Shown: positions 46,803 through 57,759, numbered from the stretch's first letter. The stretch is DNA of 64,000 bases from an uncultured Chloroflexia bacterium (GCA_963726245.1 CAVSBT010000030.1:160001-224000), one strand, 5' to 3'. A program made the numbers and translations. The notes: generated by a model from the letters alone, not told the origin.

Positions 46803-48091
46803 CGCCGGCGGAGCACAATCACGGCGGCGCCCGCGAAGCCGCCGGCGACGACCACCGTGAGCACACCCACCACCACGAGCGCCACGACTGGCACACCTCC
46901 GCCGTTCTGGCCGGCCGCCGCCTGTCCCTGCTCTCCCGCGCCGAAGGGCGTGAGCTGCGGCAGCGGCTGCGGTGTTTGACCCTGCCCTCCCGTGATGACG
47001 CGCTCCGGGAGGCCCACGCTTTGGCGCCAGGCGTTCTCCAGGCCGTCCTGGTCGAAGCCGTAGACCTTCATGAGGGCGTCGTCTGTGCGGCTACCGTCCC
47101 GGAATGCGGCCAGCAGCTCGCGGAACTTGTCCTCGCCGTACTGGTCGATCAGGAAGCGGACGACGCTGTACGACTGCCCGTAGAAGAGGCCGACACTGCT
47201 GCCGCTCGCACCAACGGTAGCCGAAGAGAGGCTGCGGATGGTGAAGGGCCGGTTGCTCTTGATGGCCGCGTCCAGGGCGCTCATCATTTCGGGCAGCGGC
47301 CCGGACTGGCCGTAGACGGCGACGCCCTCTTCGAGCCAGGCAGGCAGGTTCGCGAAGGGCCCCTTGACGGCGCTGTGCATGACGATGTGGCTGAGCTCGT
47401 GCCTCAAGATGTCTGAGGCTGCGCTGTCGCGGGCCACCACCGCGGTGTCGGAGACCACCACCTCGCCGAGAGTCACGACACCCTGCTCCGGCGAGAGCTG
47501 GCCGGACAAGAGCACCGGCTGCATGTCCTCAGCGCTGTCATAGAGGAAGACCTTCACCGGGTAGTCCACGTGGGTCCCCAGCAGGCTCCCCATGCGCGTC
47601 AGCGTGTCGCGGCCGACGCCGAGCAGGTCGCGCACGTCGCCCTCGGAGCCGCCGTAGTACCAGACCGTGAGGCCGTCGTCGGAGAGGCTCTTCCACTGGA
47701 AGCGGGTGTCTTCGTACATCGTGCGGCCGGGCTGGGTCTGCGTGGTCCCGCCGGCCTGGTCCGAGATCTCCCAGTAGTAGGTGATCTCGACGCCGGGTAT
47801 GAGGAAGTTGCCGGGGGTGCTCTTCAAGTCGAAGGTGCACTGGACGCTGGTCGTGCCGGTGCAGTCGGGCACGCCGTAGGCGCGGCTGCCGTCGGGGGCG
47901 ATAGCGTAGCGGAAGCGGACCTCCTTGACCGGCTGCTGGCTCTCGAAGTCCAGCGTGAAGACGATGCCACTGGGGAAGTCGTTGCGCGCCTCCTCGGAGC
48001 GGACGTCTACGCCCTGCTGAGCCCGACCGAACGCCGGCCAGAGGCCGCAGCCGAGGGCCACAATCGCCACCAGTAGAGTCAGGCGTCTCAC
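46799..48091 (-). CDS. Secreted/anchored peptidase MA-like metalloprotease
   Basis: Signal peptide, HELSH...PAWLEEG, C-terminal TM plus RRR. Confidence 0.85.
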   Translation of the reverse strand: MRRLTLLVAIVALGCGLWPAFGRAQQGVDVRSEEARNDFPSGIVFTLDFESQQPVKEVRFRYAIAPDGSRAYGVPDCTGTTSVQCTFDLKSTPGNFLIPGVEITYYWEISDQAGGTTQTQPGRTMYEDTRFQWKSLSDDGLTVWYYGGSEGDVRDLLGVGRDTLTRMGSLLGTHVDYPVKVFLYDSAEDMQPVLLSGQLSPEQGVVTLGEVVVSDTAVVARDSAASDILRHELSHIVMHSAVKGPFANLPAWLEEGVAVYGQSGPLPEMMSALDAAIKSNRPFTIRSLSSATVGASGSSVGLFYGQSYSVVRFLIDQYGEDKFRELLAAFRDGSRTDDALMKVYGFDQDGLENAWRQSVGLPERVITGGQGQTPQPLPQLTPFGAGEQGQAAAGQNGGGVPVVALVVVGVLTVVVAGGFAGAAVIVLRRR

Positions 48092-49195
48092 TGTCCGTTC
48101 CCTCCCAGGGTGTGCTTCAGGTAGGCAGCCAGCAGGTCGTCAATCTCGCCCTCGAGGACGGCGGCGGCATCGCTGGTCTCGAAGCCGGTGCGGTGGTCCT
48201 TGACCATCTTGTACGGGTGTAGCACGTAGCTGCGGATCTGGTTGCCCCAGCCGGCGGCGACGTGCTCGCCTTTGAGGCGCGTCTGCTCCTCGGCCTTTCT
48301 CTCCAGCTCTCGCTCCAGGAGACGCGCCTCCAGCACCTTCATGGCGGACATGCGGTTACGGTACTGGGAGCGCTCGTTCTGGCAGGTGACGACGATGCCT
48401 GAGGGCAGATGGGTGATGCGGACGGCGGTGGCGTTCTTCTGCACGTTTTGACCGCCGTGGCTGCTCGCCCGGAACACGTCGATTCGCAGGTCGTCGGGCT
48501 CGATTACCACCTCAGCGCCCTCCTCCGCCTCGGGCATCACCTCCACCAGGGCGAAAGAGGTGTGGCGGGCATGCCCGGCGTCGAACGGCGAGAGGCGCAC
48601 CAGCCGGTGGACGCCGCGCTCACTCTTCAGGTAGCCGAAGGCGTTGAGCCCCGCCACCTCGACGGTGACGCTCTTCAGGCCCGCCTCATCGCCTGGAGCC
48701 AGGTCCAGGATATCGGCTTGGTAGCCGCGCCGCTCGGCCCAGCGCAGGTACATGCGGAGGAGCATCTCGGCCCAGTCCATCGACTCGACGCCGCCGGCGC
48801 CGGCGTGGATGGCCAGGATGGCGCTGCGGACGTCGTAGCGGCCGGAGAAGGAGAGCTCGAACTCCAGTTGGTCCAGCCGGGCGGCCAGGGCGCCCACCTC
48901 CGACGTCAGGTCGGCGACCAGGGCCTCTTCTTCCTCGGCCCCGGGCAGCTCGACCAGCCCGCGGAGCTCGCGCTGGCGGGCCTCCAGGCCGCGCCAGGTC
49001 TCGACCTTCTGGCGGACCTCGGCCAGGCGCTTCATGGTCTCCTGGGCGGCCTGCGCGTCGTCCCAGAAGTCGGGGCGCGCCGACGCCTTTTCGAGGCGCT
49101 GAAGCTCCTGCTCGGCAGCCGGCACGTCAAAGACGCACCATGGCGTGAGATATGCGGGCCTCCAGTTCGGCGAGTTTGTCCTTCATCTCCTGCAT
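48088..49195 (-). CDS. prfB: Peptide chain release factor 2 with programmed +1 frameshift at 49127-49132
   Basis: CTT TGA C slippery site after codon 22; SPF and GGQ motifs. Confidence 0.96.
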
Positions 49196-49226
49196 CGATG
49201 CTTGTCTCCAGGAACCGGGGCTGGGG

Positions 49227-49298
49227 AGGGCATAGCGCATAGTCCACGGGGCAAAGCCCCGGCATGCTATGCACTCTGCCCTATGTCCCATGTCCCAC
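49227..49298. repeat. Inverted heptamer tandem repeats (GCATAG / CTATGC-type)
   Basis: gggcatagcgcatagtcc...gctatgcactctgccctatgtcccatgtccc. Confidence 0.65.
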
Positions 49299-49998
49299 AA
49301 ACACCTGTTGCTGTCGCTTGTTGCCGTTTCACTCCACGCCCGCCCGCCGCCTGATGAGCGAGCCGCGTCGGCTCCGGCAGGCGCAGGCCGCGACAGCAGC
49401 GCAGCACCCACTCTGCCGCCTCCGCCAGCCCGATGCGGTGCCCGGCAGAGACGTAGACGGGGTTCACCCCGTCCCGCGTGCGCAGCACGGCGCCGATGAC
49501 CTCGCCGCCGTCGAGGAGCGGGGCCTGCGAGCCAGCGGCCCACTCAGGCTCGGCGTGCTCGCCGCAGAGGCGCGACTTGGCGCAGCCGATGGCCGGCACG
49601 TCGAGGAGGAGCCCCAGGTGGCAGGCCAGCCCGAAGCGCCTCGGGTGGGCGAACCCCTGGCCGTCCACGAGCAAGAGGTCGGGCTTTCGCACCCGCGACA
49701 GCGGCTCCAGTAGCACCGGCACCTCCCGGAAGGAGAGGAGCCCCGGCACGTACGGGAAGGTCACCTCTGTTTCCACCACCGACTGCTCCAGGAGCTCCAG
49801 AGCGGGGTAGCTGAGGACGACCACGGCCGCGCGGGCGGGGGCCCGTCTGCCCTTCTCGAGGACGGCGATGTCCACGCCAGCGACCGTGCGCACCTCGCCG
49901 GGGTCGCCCGAGCACACCACCTGCGGGGCCAGCCGGCTCTGGGTCGCCATGGCCTCGGGGATGCTGAGGTCCCAGCCGTGCAGCGTTCGGATCTCCAC
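49267..49998 (-). CDS. nfi: Endonuclease V
   Basis: AGVD, FPYVPGLLSFRE, VDGQGFAHPRRFGLA, IGCAKS, PEPTRLAH. Confidence 0.95.
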   Translation of the reverse strand: MEIRTLHGWDLSIPEAMATQSRLAPQVVCSGDPGEVRTVAGVDIAVLEKGRRAPARAAVVVLSYPALELLEQSVVETEVTFPYVPGLLSFREVPVLLEPLSRVRKPDLLLVDGQGFAHPRRFGLACHLGLLLDVPAIGCAKSRLCGEHAEPEWAAGSQAPLLDGGEVIGAVLRTRDGVNPVYVSAGHRIGLAEAAEWVLRCCRGLRLPEPTRLAHQAAGGRGVKRQQATATGVCGTWDIGQSA

Positions 49999-50080
49999 AG
50001 AAGCATTATAGCCGGGCGCTCGCCGTTGCCTCTATGCGGGGCCGTGCTATGATCCTGCGAGACCGGCCCGGGAAGACCCG

Positions 50081-50512
50081 ATGAAGGCGTCCTTCATGCC
50101 CCTCATGCCGTCGCGCGCCGCCCGCCTGGTAGCCCTGGCTGCTGCCGCGCTCCTGCTGGCCGGCTGCGGCATCAGCCTGAGCAACGGCGGCGCCTCCTCC
50201 GAGCTGTTCTCGAAGCTGAGCATCCAGGGCGACGCCGTCGCGGGAAGCGAGATGAGCCTCCAGGTCACCTACAAGCAGCGCTACCCGGTAGCCGTGGACG
50301 TCAGTTGCTTCCTGGTGGATCCGGGTCGCAGCCGCCGCCTCCTGGGCCGCGACACGCTGCCTGCCGACCCCGACACCTCGCCGAAGCCGACCCCTGTCGC
50401 CGGCGCCAGCACCTTCCGCTTCCGGGTGCAGATGCCCGGTAGCTACGTGGCCCTCTGCAACACCCCTCTGGACCCGGACAACTTCATCAGCAAGAAGTTC
50501 CGCGTGAAGTAG
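50081..50512 (+). CDS. Hypothetical lipoprotein
   Basis: Lipobox LLAGC; beta-rich mature part. Confidence 0.7.
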   Translation: MKASFMPLMPSRAARLVALAAAALLLAGCGISLSNGGASSELFSKLSIQGDAVAGSEMSLQVTYKQRYPVAVDVSCFLVDPGRSRRLLGRDTLPADPDTSPKPTPVAGASTFRFRVQMPGSYVALCNTPLDPDNFISKKFRVK

Positions 50513-50565
50513 GGGCGCACGGCCGTGCGCCCCTACTCAGCGAACGCAGACAGGCGAGGCAGGGC
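50509..50565. repeat. GTAG REP plus degenerate copy of the DUF763 gene 3' end
   Basis: gtaggggcgcacggccgtgcgcccctac-tcagcgaacgcagacaggcgaggcagggc. Confidence 0.8.
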
Positions 50566-51932
50566 TAGCCAGCCGGCCCGCGCCACCAATCGAAGAGCAT
50601 GTCCCAGCTCACATGCCCGTAGTTCCCTAACCACAAGGGGGAGGGCTCGGGCGCCGATGTCAGCTCGTCGATGATTTGGCGGGGTTCGCCGCCTGGCACC
50701 GGCACAAGCCACAGCGAGGCGCGATCCTCGGCGTTGAGCCGCGCGAAGAGAATGGACGCGCCGTCGGCCGACCAAAGCGGGTACTCGTCGCGGTAGGCTG
50801 GGTCGTCCGTAAGTTGCCGGGCTTGCGGGTCTCCCTGGGTATTCGCCACAGAGATGCGGCGCTGCATCAGCCCCTGGTGGGCCGTTTCCCCGCCCACCAG
50901 ATCGCCCGCATCGGGCATGGTGACATAGGCGATGCGCTGACCGTCGGGCGACCAGGCAGGAGACGAGGCTACCAGATCTGGTGGGGTGAGTACCACATCC
51001 AGTCCTGCGGATACCGAGAGGATGTGCAGGACCTTGTTCGTCCAAGCGCCCCGATAGCTCCCGACGACCACGGCGACCCAATCGGTACCCGCGGGTCCGG
51101 GCACCAGGAAATCCGGGTGGAGGAGCACGGCCCCGGCCAGTTGCACGCTGGCGCCGCCCTCCGCGGGCACGGCGTACAGCGGCGCGCCGTCGGCCAGGAG
51201 GGACGCGGAGAAGGCGGGATCAGTCCGGTACAGGACGCGTGATCCGTCCGGCGACCAGCCGGCCACTATCAACCCGTAGCCTGACGGTGTGCCAGCATTC
51301 AGCAGTTCGCTCGCATCGCTGCCGTTGGCGCGGGCGCGCCACAAGCTGGCACGTCGCTCGGGGGGTTGTCCGTCCTCCCCTTCTTTCAGCACTTCCAGCC
51401 GATCGTAGGCGAGCCACTCTCCATCCGGGCTCCAGGCCACGTCCAGCACGCCCGTGCCCGGCCCGCCGCCGCTGACAACGAGCTCCTGCCGGTTCGACCC
51501 ATCGGCGTCGACCGCCACTAGAACCCCGTCAGATACGAAAACCAGCCGATCGTGCGCCGGCGCCCAAGCGAAGGCACTGGCAGTTGTGCCCTCGTTCAGC
51601 AGGCGGGGCACAGATCCGTCGGCTCGCATCACCCACACCTGGCCATCGCCCTTGCGGAAGGCCAGCCACTCGCCGGAGGGAGACCAGCGCGGCTCGCGAT
51701 TCTGGCCGTCGGTCGTGAGGCGCAGCGGCTCCCCGTCGGGAAGAGCCTTGACCCAGATGTCGCCACCCTGCACATAGGCCAGCTTCCCCAGTCCGACCCC
51801 TGAGGTTGGCTGTAGGCCTGGGGAGCCGCCGTGCCTGTGGGCTCGTTCCCTCCGACCTTCTCATTGCCGCCGACAAGCCAGCAGGAGGCCGGCCGTCAGA
51901 CCGGCGATCGCGACAAGCAGAAGCTTCTTCAT
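50565..51932 (-). CDS. TolB-like PD40 beta-propeller lipoprotein; frameshift(s) in N-terminal part
   Basis: MKKLLLVAIAGLTAGLLLAC signal; repeated WSPxG motifs. Confidence 0.85.
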
Positions 51933-51969
51933 CTTCGCCTCCCCTCACCCTCACCAGATCACATGCCAG

Positions 51970-52024
51970 GTAGGGGCGGTTCGCGAACCGCCCCTACTCA
52001 GAACGCGGCCAGCCGCCGCAGGGC
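51970..52024. repeat. GTAG REP plus DUF763 gene 3' end
   Basis: gtaggggcggttcgcgaaccgcccctac-tcagaacgcggccagccgccgcagggc. Confidence 0.8.
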
Positions 52025-53088
52025 CTCCAGCCGGTCGCGCTGGCCGAGCCGGGCGCGGGCGACGGCCGCCCTCAGGGTCTCGACGGTGCGGTCGTAGGTG
52101 GAGCGGTCCACCGGGTAGGGGTGGCCGTCCTTGCCGCCGTGGGCGTAGCTGTAGCGGACGGGGTCGCGGAAGCTGGCCGGGGCGCCGTAGACCAGCTCCG
52201 ACACCAGGGCCAGGGCCCGTACCGTCTTGGGGCCCACGCCCTCCGTGCCGAGCAGAGCTTCGAAGCCCTGCGGCTGCTCCTCGTAGGTCTTCAGGAGGAT
52301 CTTCTTCAGGCGGGACGGGTTCACGTCCGACAGCAGGACGTGGTGGCGGCCGGGCAGGTCGAGCTGCTGGAGGCGCTCCAGCTCCCCGATGACCCTCTCG
52401 GGCCGCTCGCCGGCGACGCGGGCGCTCACCTCTCGCGCGCCCTCGGCCTCGCGCGCCACCATGTTCAGGACTTCGCCCCGCTCGTCGCAGCAGATGGCCT
52501 GGTGCGGCTCGCAGACGAAGTCCTCCACCGTGGTCGAGAGCCAGTGGTAGCGGCGCGCCCAGTGGGTGTCGGCGTTCATCCCTTGCTGGATCACGCACCA
52601 GGCGCCCCCGAGGCGGAGTCGCCGGCGACGGGGCGTGAAGACGAAGGTGTGGTGGTAGATCCGGTAGCCGTCCTGGAGCGCGGCGCTGTCCACCTTGGCG
52701 GACATGCGCGAGGAGTAGATGAGGGGCGCCGGATCGAGGCCCAGGCGATCGCCCAGCGCCGTCAGCTCCTGGGGCGTCCGGCGCGAGGTCTTGCCCTTGC
52801 CTCCCGCCACGTAGAGGCCGGTGTCGGCCCCCAGGTCGCGCAGGCCCTCCTTGAGGGCGCCGCAGACGGTGGTGGTGAGCCCGCTGGAGTGCCAGTCGAA
52901 GCCCAGCGTGCAGCCGAAGGCCTGGAACCAGAAGGGGTCCGAGAGTCGCTGGAGGACCTCCAGCGGCCCGAACTCCTCGACCAGCACCAGCACGAGCTGG
53001 CGGGCAAGCATGGGTCATGCGCTGGAAGAGCCAGGAGCGGCGCGGCCCCGTAGTGCAGGGGCAGGTGGGCGACGCCGGTGCGGGGCAT
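51998..53088 (-). CDS. DUF763 family protein; frameshift near 53020-53040
   Basis: LPLHYG, DPFWFQAFG...DWHSSG, GGKG, QQGMN, GVGPKT (HhH-like), HGGKDG.PYPV. Confidence 0.88.
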
Positions 53089-53096
53089 GAGCGCCC

Positions 53097-53927
53097 TCAG
53101 CTCTCCAGCTTGAAGACGCGGACGGCGTTATCGCGGAGGAACTTGCGGCGAACGCCCTCATCGAGGCCCAGGGCGTCGACCTCGTCGACGCAGCGCTTCA
53201 AGGGGAGCATCGGGTAGTTCGTCCCGAAGAGCACCTTGTCCTGGCCTCGCTTGCGCAGGTAGCGGGTGAACTCCTCAGGGAAGCGCGAGGGGACGTAGGC
53301 CGAGGTATCGATGTACACGTTGGGGTACTTGTTGGTCACGGCGATCATCTCCTCGGTCCACGGGTAGCCGATGTGCCCGCCGACGATGACCAGCTCCGGG
53401 AAGGTGAGGGCAACCTCGTCGATGTAGGGTATGGGGCGGCCGGTCTCCGAGACCCGCATCGGCCCCGTGTGGCCGGTCTGGTAGCAGAACGGGATGCCCA
53501 GCTCGATGCACTCCACGTACAGCGGGTAGTAGTGGCGGTCGTTGGGGGGCAGGCCCCACAGCCAGGGGACGACCCGCAGCGCCTTGAAGCCGAGGTCGCG
53601 GACGCACCTGCGGAGCTCGCGCACGGCCTCCAACGGCCGGAGGAGGTCGACGGCCGCCATGCCGGCGAAGCGGTCCGGCCAGCGCGAGACGATGGCGGCG
53701 ATCTCATCGTTGGGGATGATGGGGCCGGTCGGCCCCCACCAGGCGCTGAGGAGGGCGAAGCCCACGCCCGCCTCGTCCATCTGCCCGATGGTCGCTTCGA
53801 TGGGGATGCCCGGGGCGGGGCCTTCTTGGCCGGTCCAGCGGCGCAGCGACTCGAACATGGGGGCGTTGAGAAAGCTCTCGACTACGGGCTGCATCCAGGC
53901 GTCTATGGCTTTCACGTCCTCTGCCAT
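53097..53927 (-). CDS. Amidohydrolase_2 family protein
   Basis: QTGHTG, GGHIGYPW, NVYIDTSA, VLFGTNYP. Confidence 0.9.
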   Translation of the reverse strand: MAEDVKAIDAWMQPVVESFLNAPMFESLRRWTGQEGPAPGIPIEATIGQMDEAGVGFALLSAWWGPTGPIIPNDEIAAIVSRWPDRFAGMAAVDLLRPLEAVRELRRCVRDLGFKALRVVPWLWGLPPNDRHYYPLYVECIELGIPFCYQTGHTGPMRVSETGRPIPYIDEVALTFPELVIVGGHIGYPWTEEMIAVTNKYPNVYIDTSAYVPSRFPEEFTRYLRKRGQDKVLFGTNYPMLPLKRCVDEVDALGLDEGVRRKFLRDNAVRVFKLES

Positions 53928-53985
53928 GATGTCCCTCCTCGGGCCTACAAGGCCCTGGCACCGCCGATCCCGACGCCACCAACGA

Positions 53986-54014
53986 ATGCTAAAACTTATG
54001 TTCGCAGGAGTCAA
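53986..54014 (-). promoter_or_regulatory. Sigma70 promoter with a LexA-box-like site in the spacer
   Basis: TTGACT-N17-TAGCAT; CGAAC-ATAA-GTTTT resembles the GAAC-N4-GTTY box. Confidence 0.55.
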
Positions 54015-54078
54015 GGCATTTGAGGGGCGCCGCTCGTAGCGGACAGAGCTTCAGGTCTGTCCTGGGCAGAGCTCCCGC

Positions 54079-54711
54079 CTATTGGGCGCGGAAGTTCATC
54101 GTGTAGCCAAGGAGGCCGCGGATGTGCTCCAGGGGTTCGAAGCCCACCGCCCGGCACAGGTCGCGCACGCTGTCCTCGAGCTGGTAGTCGGGGTCGGTCA
54201 AGGTCTCCGTGATGGAGAGCACGCCGCCGCGCCGGAGGACGCGTCGCAGCTCCTGAAGCGCCTGGACGCGGTCGGGAATCTCGCCGAGGACGGCGACGAG
54301 GTAGGCGCTGTCGACGCTGTCGTCAGCCAGGGGCAGGCGGGTCGCGTCGCCGAGAATCGGGCCGGCATTGGTGATGCCCGCGTCGCGCAGGCGCTGCGAC
54401 AGCTCGGCGAGCATCGACCGCTGGATGTCGAGGCAGAGGAGGCGCCCGCCGGGGCCGATGATGCGCGACGCCTCCATGGAGAAGTAGCCGGTGCCGGGAC
54501 CCACCTCCAGGACGGTGGCGCCGGGCTCGACGTGGGCGCGCGCCAGCGTGCGCCGCACCGGGTGAACGAGCGGGCGCAGAGGGTTGTGCAGGATCGCGGC
54601 TTCGGTGAAAGGCATCGGGCCGCGACGCTGGTTGCGCACCAGGTACCAGTTGACCAGGTAGAGCCCGCCGAAGAAGAGGAGCCCCCGCCTTAGCCACCGA
54701 AGAGCTCTCAC
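54079..54711 (-). CDS. Class I SAM-dependent methyltransferase (UbiE-like)
   Basis: VLEVGPGTG, GDATRLP, LRRGG. Confidence 0.9.
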   Translation of the reverse strand: MRALRWLRRGLLFFGGLYLVNWYLVRNQRRGPMPFTEAAILHNPLRPLVHPVRRTLARAHVEPGATVLEVGPGTGYFSMEASRIIGPGGRLLCLDIQRSMLAELSQRLRDAGITNAGPILGDATRLPLADDSVDSAYLVAVLGEIPDRVQALQELRRVLRRGGVLSITETLTDPDYQLEDSVRDLCRAVGFEPLEHIRGLLGYTMNFRAQ

Positions 54712-54727
54712 GGCGACTACTCCTCCA

Positions 54728-55624
54728 CTACCCGCCCAGTCCCGCCGCCCGCTCAGCGGCCAGCACCGTGTTCCAGAGGAGCATGGTCACCGTCATGGGC
54801 CCGACGCCGCCCGGCACGGGGGTGATGGCCGCCGCCTTCTCGGCCACGGCCTCGTAGTCCACGTCCCCCACCATGCGAAAGCCGCTCTTGCGGCTGGCGT
54901 CCGGTACCCGGTTGTTCCCCACGTCGATGACCACGGCCCCCTCTCGCACCATGTCGGCGGTGATGGCGCGGGGAACGCCCATCGCCGCCACCAGGATGTC
55001 GGCCTGGCGGGTGATAGCAGCCAGGTCGCGGGTGCGCGTGTGGCAAATGGTGACGGTGGCGTTGGCGCCGGGCCGCTTCTGCATGAGGATGGCGGCCAGC
55101 GGCTTGCCGACGATGTTCGACCGCCCGCAGATGACGACGTGCTTGCCCGCGGGGTCGTTGCCGCTGCGCAGGAGGAGCTGCTGGATGCCCGACGGCGTGC
55201 AGGAGAGGAAGGCCGGCTCGCCGCGGAGGAGGAGGCCCATGTTCACGGGGTTGAGGGCGTCCACGTCCTTCATCGGGTCGATGGCGCGGGCGACGGCGTC
55301 CTCGCTCACGTGCGGCGGCAGGGGCATCTGCACCAGGACGCCGTGCCAGGTCGGGTCGGCGTTGAGGCGCCCGATGAGGGCCAGCACCTCCTCCTGGGTG
55401 ATCCCGGCGGGCTGAAGGAGGGTCTCCGAGCGGATGGCGATGTTCTCGCAGGCCTGGGCCTTGGAGCGCACGTAGGAGATGGACGCCGGGTTCTCGCCCA
55501 CCAGCACGAAGGCTAGGCCGGGGATCACGCCCCGCTGCCGCAGCCGCTCGACGCGCTCGCGGAGCTCGGCGCGTATCTCCTCGGCCACGGCGCGTCCGTC
55601 GATGATGGTGGCGGTCATCTGCAT
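54728..55624 (-). CDS. folD: Methylenetetrahydrofolate dehydrogenase/cyclohydrolase
   Basis: IIDG, KDVD, GRSNIVGKP, TPVPGGVGPMT. Confidence 0.96.
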   Translation of the reverse strand: MQMTATIIDGRAVAEEIRAELRERVERLRQRGVIPGLAFVLVGENPASISYVRSKAQACENIAIRSETLLQPAGITQEEVLALIGRLNADPTWHGVLVQMPLPPHVSEDAVARAIDPMKDVDALNPVNMGLLLRGEPAFLSCTPSGIQQLLLRSGNDPAGKHVVICGRSNIVGKPLAAILMQKRPGANATVTICHTRTRDLAAITRQADILVAAMGVPRAITADMVREGAVVIDVGNNRVPDASRKSGFRMVGDVDYEAVAEKAAAITPVPGGVGPMTVTMLLWNTVLAAERAAGLGG

Positions 55625-55713
55625 CTCCGGGGGCTCGAGGATAGTCCAGCGCAAGCATACGGCCCACCCACCCCACCGTCCAGACCGATCCCTATGCTAC
55701 AATCCTTCCTGCT

Positions 55714-56154
55714 ATGCCCAACCTCGCCGCCGGCATCGACATGGTGGAGATCGACCGCGTCCGCCACGTCCTCCAGCGCTTCCCCCAGCGCTTCCTGGAG
55801 CGCGTCTACACGCCCGTCGAGGTGGCGGTCTGCCACGGCCGCGTCCACGAGCTGGCGGCCCGATTTGCCGCCAAGGAGGCGGCCATGAAGGCCCTGGGCA
55901 CCGGCGCCCGCGGCCTCGCCTGGCGCGAGATCGAGGTGCTGCCCAACCGGCGCGGCAAGCCGCTGCTCTACCTCTACGGCCGCGCCCGCGAGCGCGCCGA
56001 GGAGATCGGCCTCCACGGCCTGGACGTGAGCCTCAGCCACACCCGCCAGCACGCCCTGGCCATCGTCGTCGGCGTGCAGGAGGCCGGCATCGACGAGCCG
56101 GGCGTGGCCCGCGACCGGCTCCTGCGCTGGCTGCAGGAAAGGGGTCGCCTGTGA
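55714..56154 (+). CDS. acpS: Holo-ACP synthase
   Basis: GIDMVEI, ARFAAKEAAMKALGTG, SLSH. Confidence 0.95.
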   Translation: MPNLAAGIDMVEIDRVRHVLQRFPQRFLERVYTPVEVAVCHGRVHELAARFAAKEAAMKALGTGARGLAWREIEVLPNRRGKPLLYLYGRARERAEEIGLHGLDVSLSHTRQHALAIVVGVQEAGIDEPGVARDRLLRWLQERGRL

Positions 56155-57745
56155 AGCTCGTCACCGCCGACCAGATGCGCCGCATCGACCAGCTCTCCGC
56201 CGAGGCCGGCGTCGGCACCGACGTCCTCATGGAGAACGCGGGGCTGGCCGTGGCCCAGGAGAGCTGGATGGCCCTGGGCACCCTCCAGGAGCGCCGCGTC
56301 GCCGTCCTGGCCGGCCCCGGCAACAACGGCGGCGACGGCCTGGTTGCCGCGCGCTACCTCCACGAGTGGGGGTCCGCCGTGCAGGTCTACCTCCTGAAGG
56401 CCCGCGGCGAGGACGACGCCAACTACCGCCGCCTGCTGGAGTTGGGAGTACCGCTAGCCTGCGTCGAGGACGGCGACGGCCTCACCGCGCTCGACGCCGC
56501 CCTGGCGGAGGCCGACCTGGTGGTGGACGCGCTCCTGGGCACCGGCGCCGCCCGACCCATCGGCGGGCGACTGGCGGAGGTGCTATCGCGGCTGGCGACG
56601 GCGCGAGCCCGGCCTCATCCGCCGATACTGCTCGCCGTGGATGTTCCCACGGGCCTCAACTCCGACACCGGCGCCACCGACCCCCTGACCGTGGCCGCCG
56701 ACCACACCGTGACGCTGGGCCTCTCGAAAGTCGGCCTGCACACCTATCCCGGCGCGAATCACGCCGGACGCGTGCAGGTGGTGGACATCGGCATACCGCC
56801 GGCCCTCACCGCCGACCTTCCCTACGAGCTGATGACGGCCTCGGACGTGCGCGCCCTCCTGCCGGCCCGGCCGCCCGACGCCAACAAGGGCAGCTTCGGG
56901 AAGGTGCTCGTCGTCGCCGGCTCCGAGAACTACGTCGGCGCGGCCCACCTGTCGGCGGCCGGCGCCTGTCGCGTGGGCGCCGGGCTGGTCACCCTGGCCT
57001 GTCCCCGCAGCCTCCAGCCCATCGTCGCCTCGACGCTGACCGAGGCCACCTACCTTCCCCTGCCCGAGGAGGAAGGCGGCCTGGCCCGCCGTGCCGCCGA
57101 CCTCGTCCTGCGCGCCGTCGGGGGCTACGACGTGCTGCTCGTCGGCTGCGGACTGGGACAGCGGGGCGCGACCCAGAGCTTCGTGCGGGCCCTCCTCTTC
57201 TCCCTGGCCGCAGACGCCGCCCGCCGTCGTCGTCGACGCCGACGGCCTCAACGCCCTGGCACGGACGCCGGGCTGGTGGCGGGAGCTGAAGGCGCCGGCC
57301 ATCGTCACGCCCCACCCGGGCGAGATGTCACGCCTCTCGGGCCGGCCCATCGCCGAGATCCAGGCCGACCGCCTGGGCTGCGCCGTCGCCTGCGCCCGCG
57401 AGTGGGGGAAGACGGTGGTCCTCAAGGGCGCCCACACGGTGGTGGCCTGCGCCCGACGGTCGCGCCGCCCTCAGCCCCTTCGCCAACCCCGCCCTCGCCA
57501 GCGGCGGCACCGGCGACGTGCTGGCCGGCGCCGTGGCCGGCTTCCTCGCCCAGGGCCTTGCGCCCTTCGAGGCCGCCGTTTGCGCCGTCTACGTACACGC
57601 GACGGCAGCCGAACAGGCGCGGCGGGAGATGGGCGACGCCGGTCCCGTCGCGGGAGACCTGCTCCCCCTTCTACCACGCGCCATCAAGAGCCTAATGTCG
57701 CCGGAACCGACGCTGCCGCCACTTACGACCGGCGGCCGCTTGTGA
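56151..57745 (+). CDS. nnr: Bifunctional NAD(P)HX epimerase/dehydratase (YjeF); frameshifts near 57220 and 57455
   Basis: LMENAG, GPGNNGGDG, NKGSFG, DADGLN, TPHPGE, VLKG. Confidence 0.92.
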
Positions 57746-57759
57746 TATATTGGGCTCCG

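Noticed and set aside
43841-51997. 28-bp palindromes as CRISPR repeats
   Set aside because: Dispersed, variable cores, no regular spacers, no cas genes; they fit REPs
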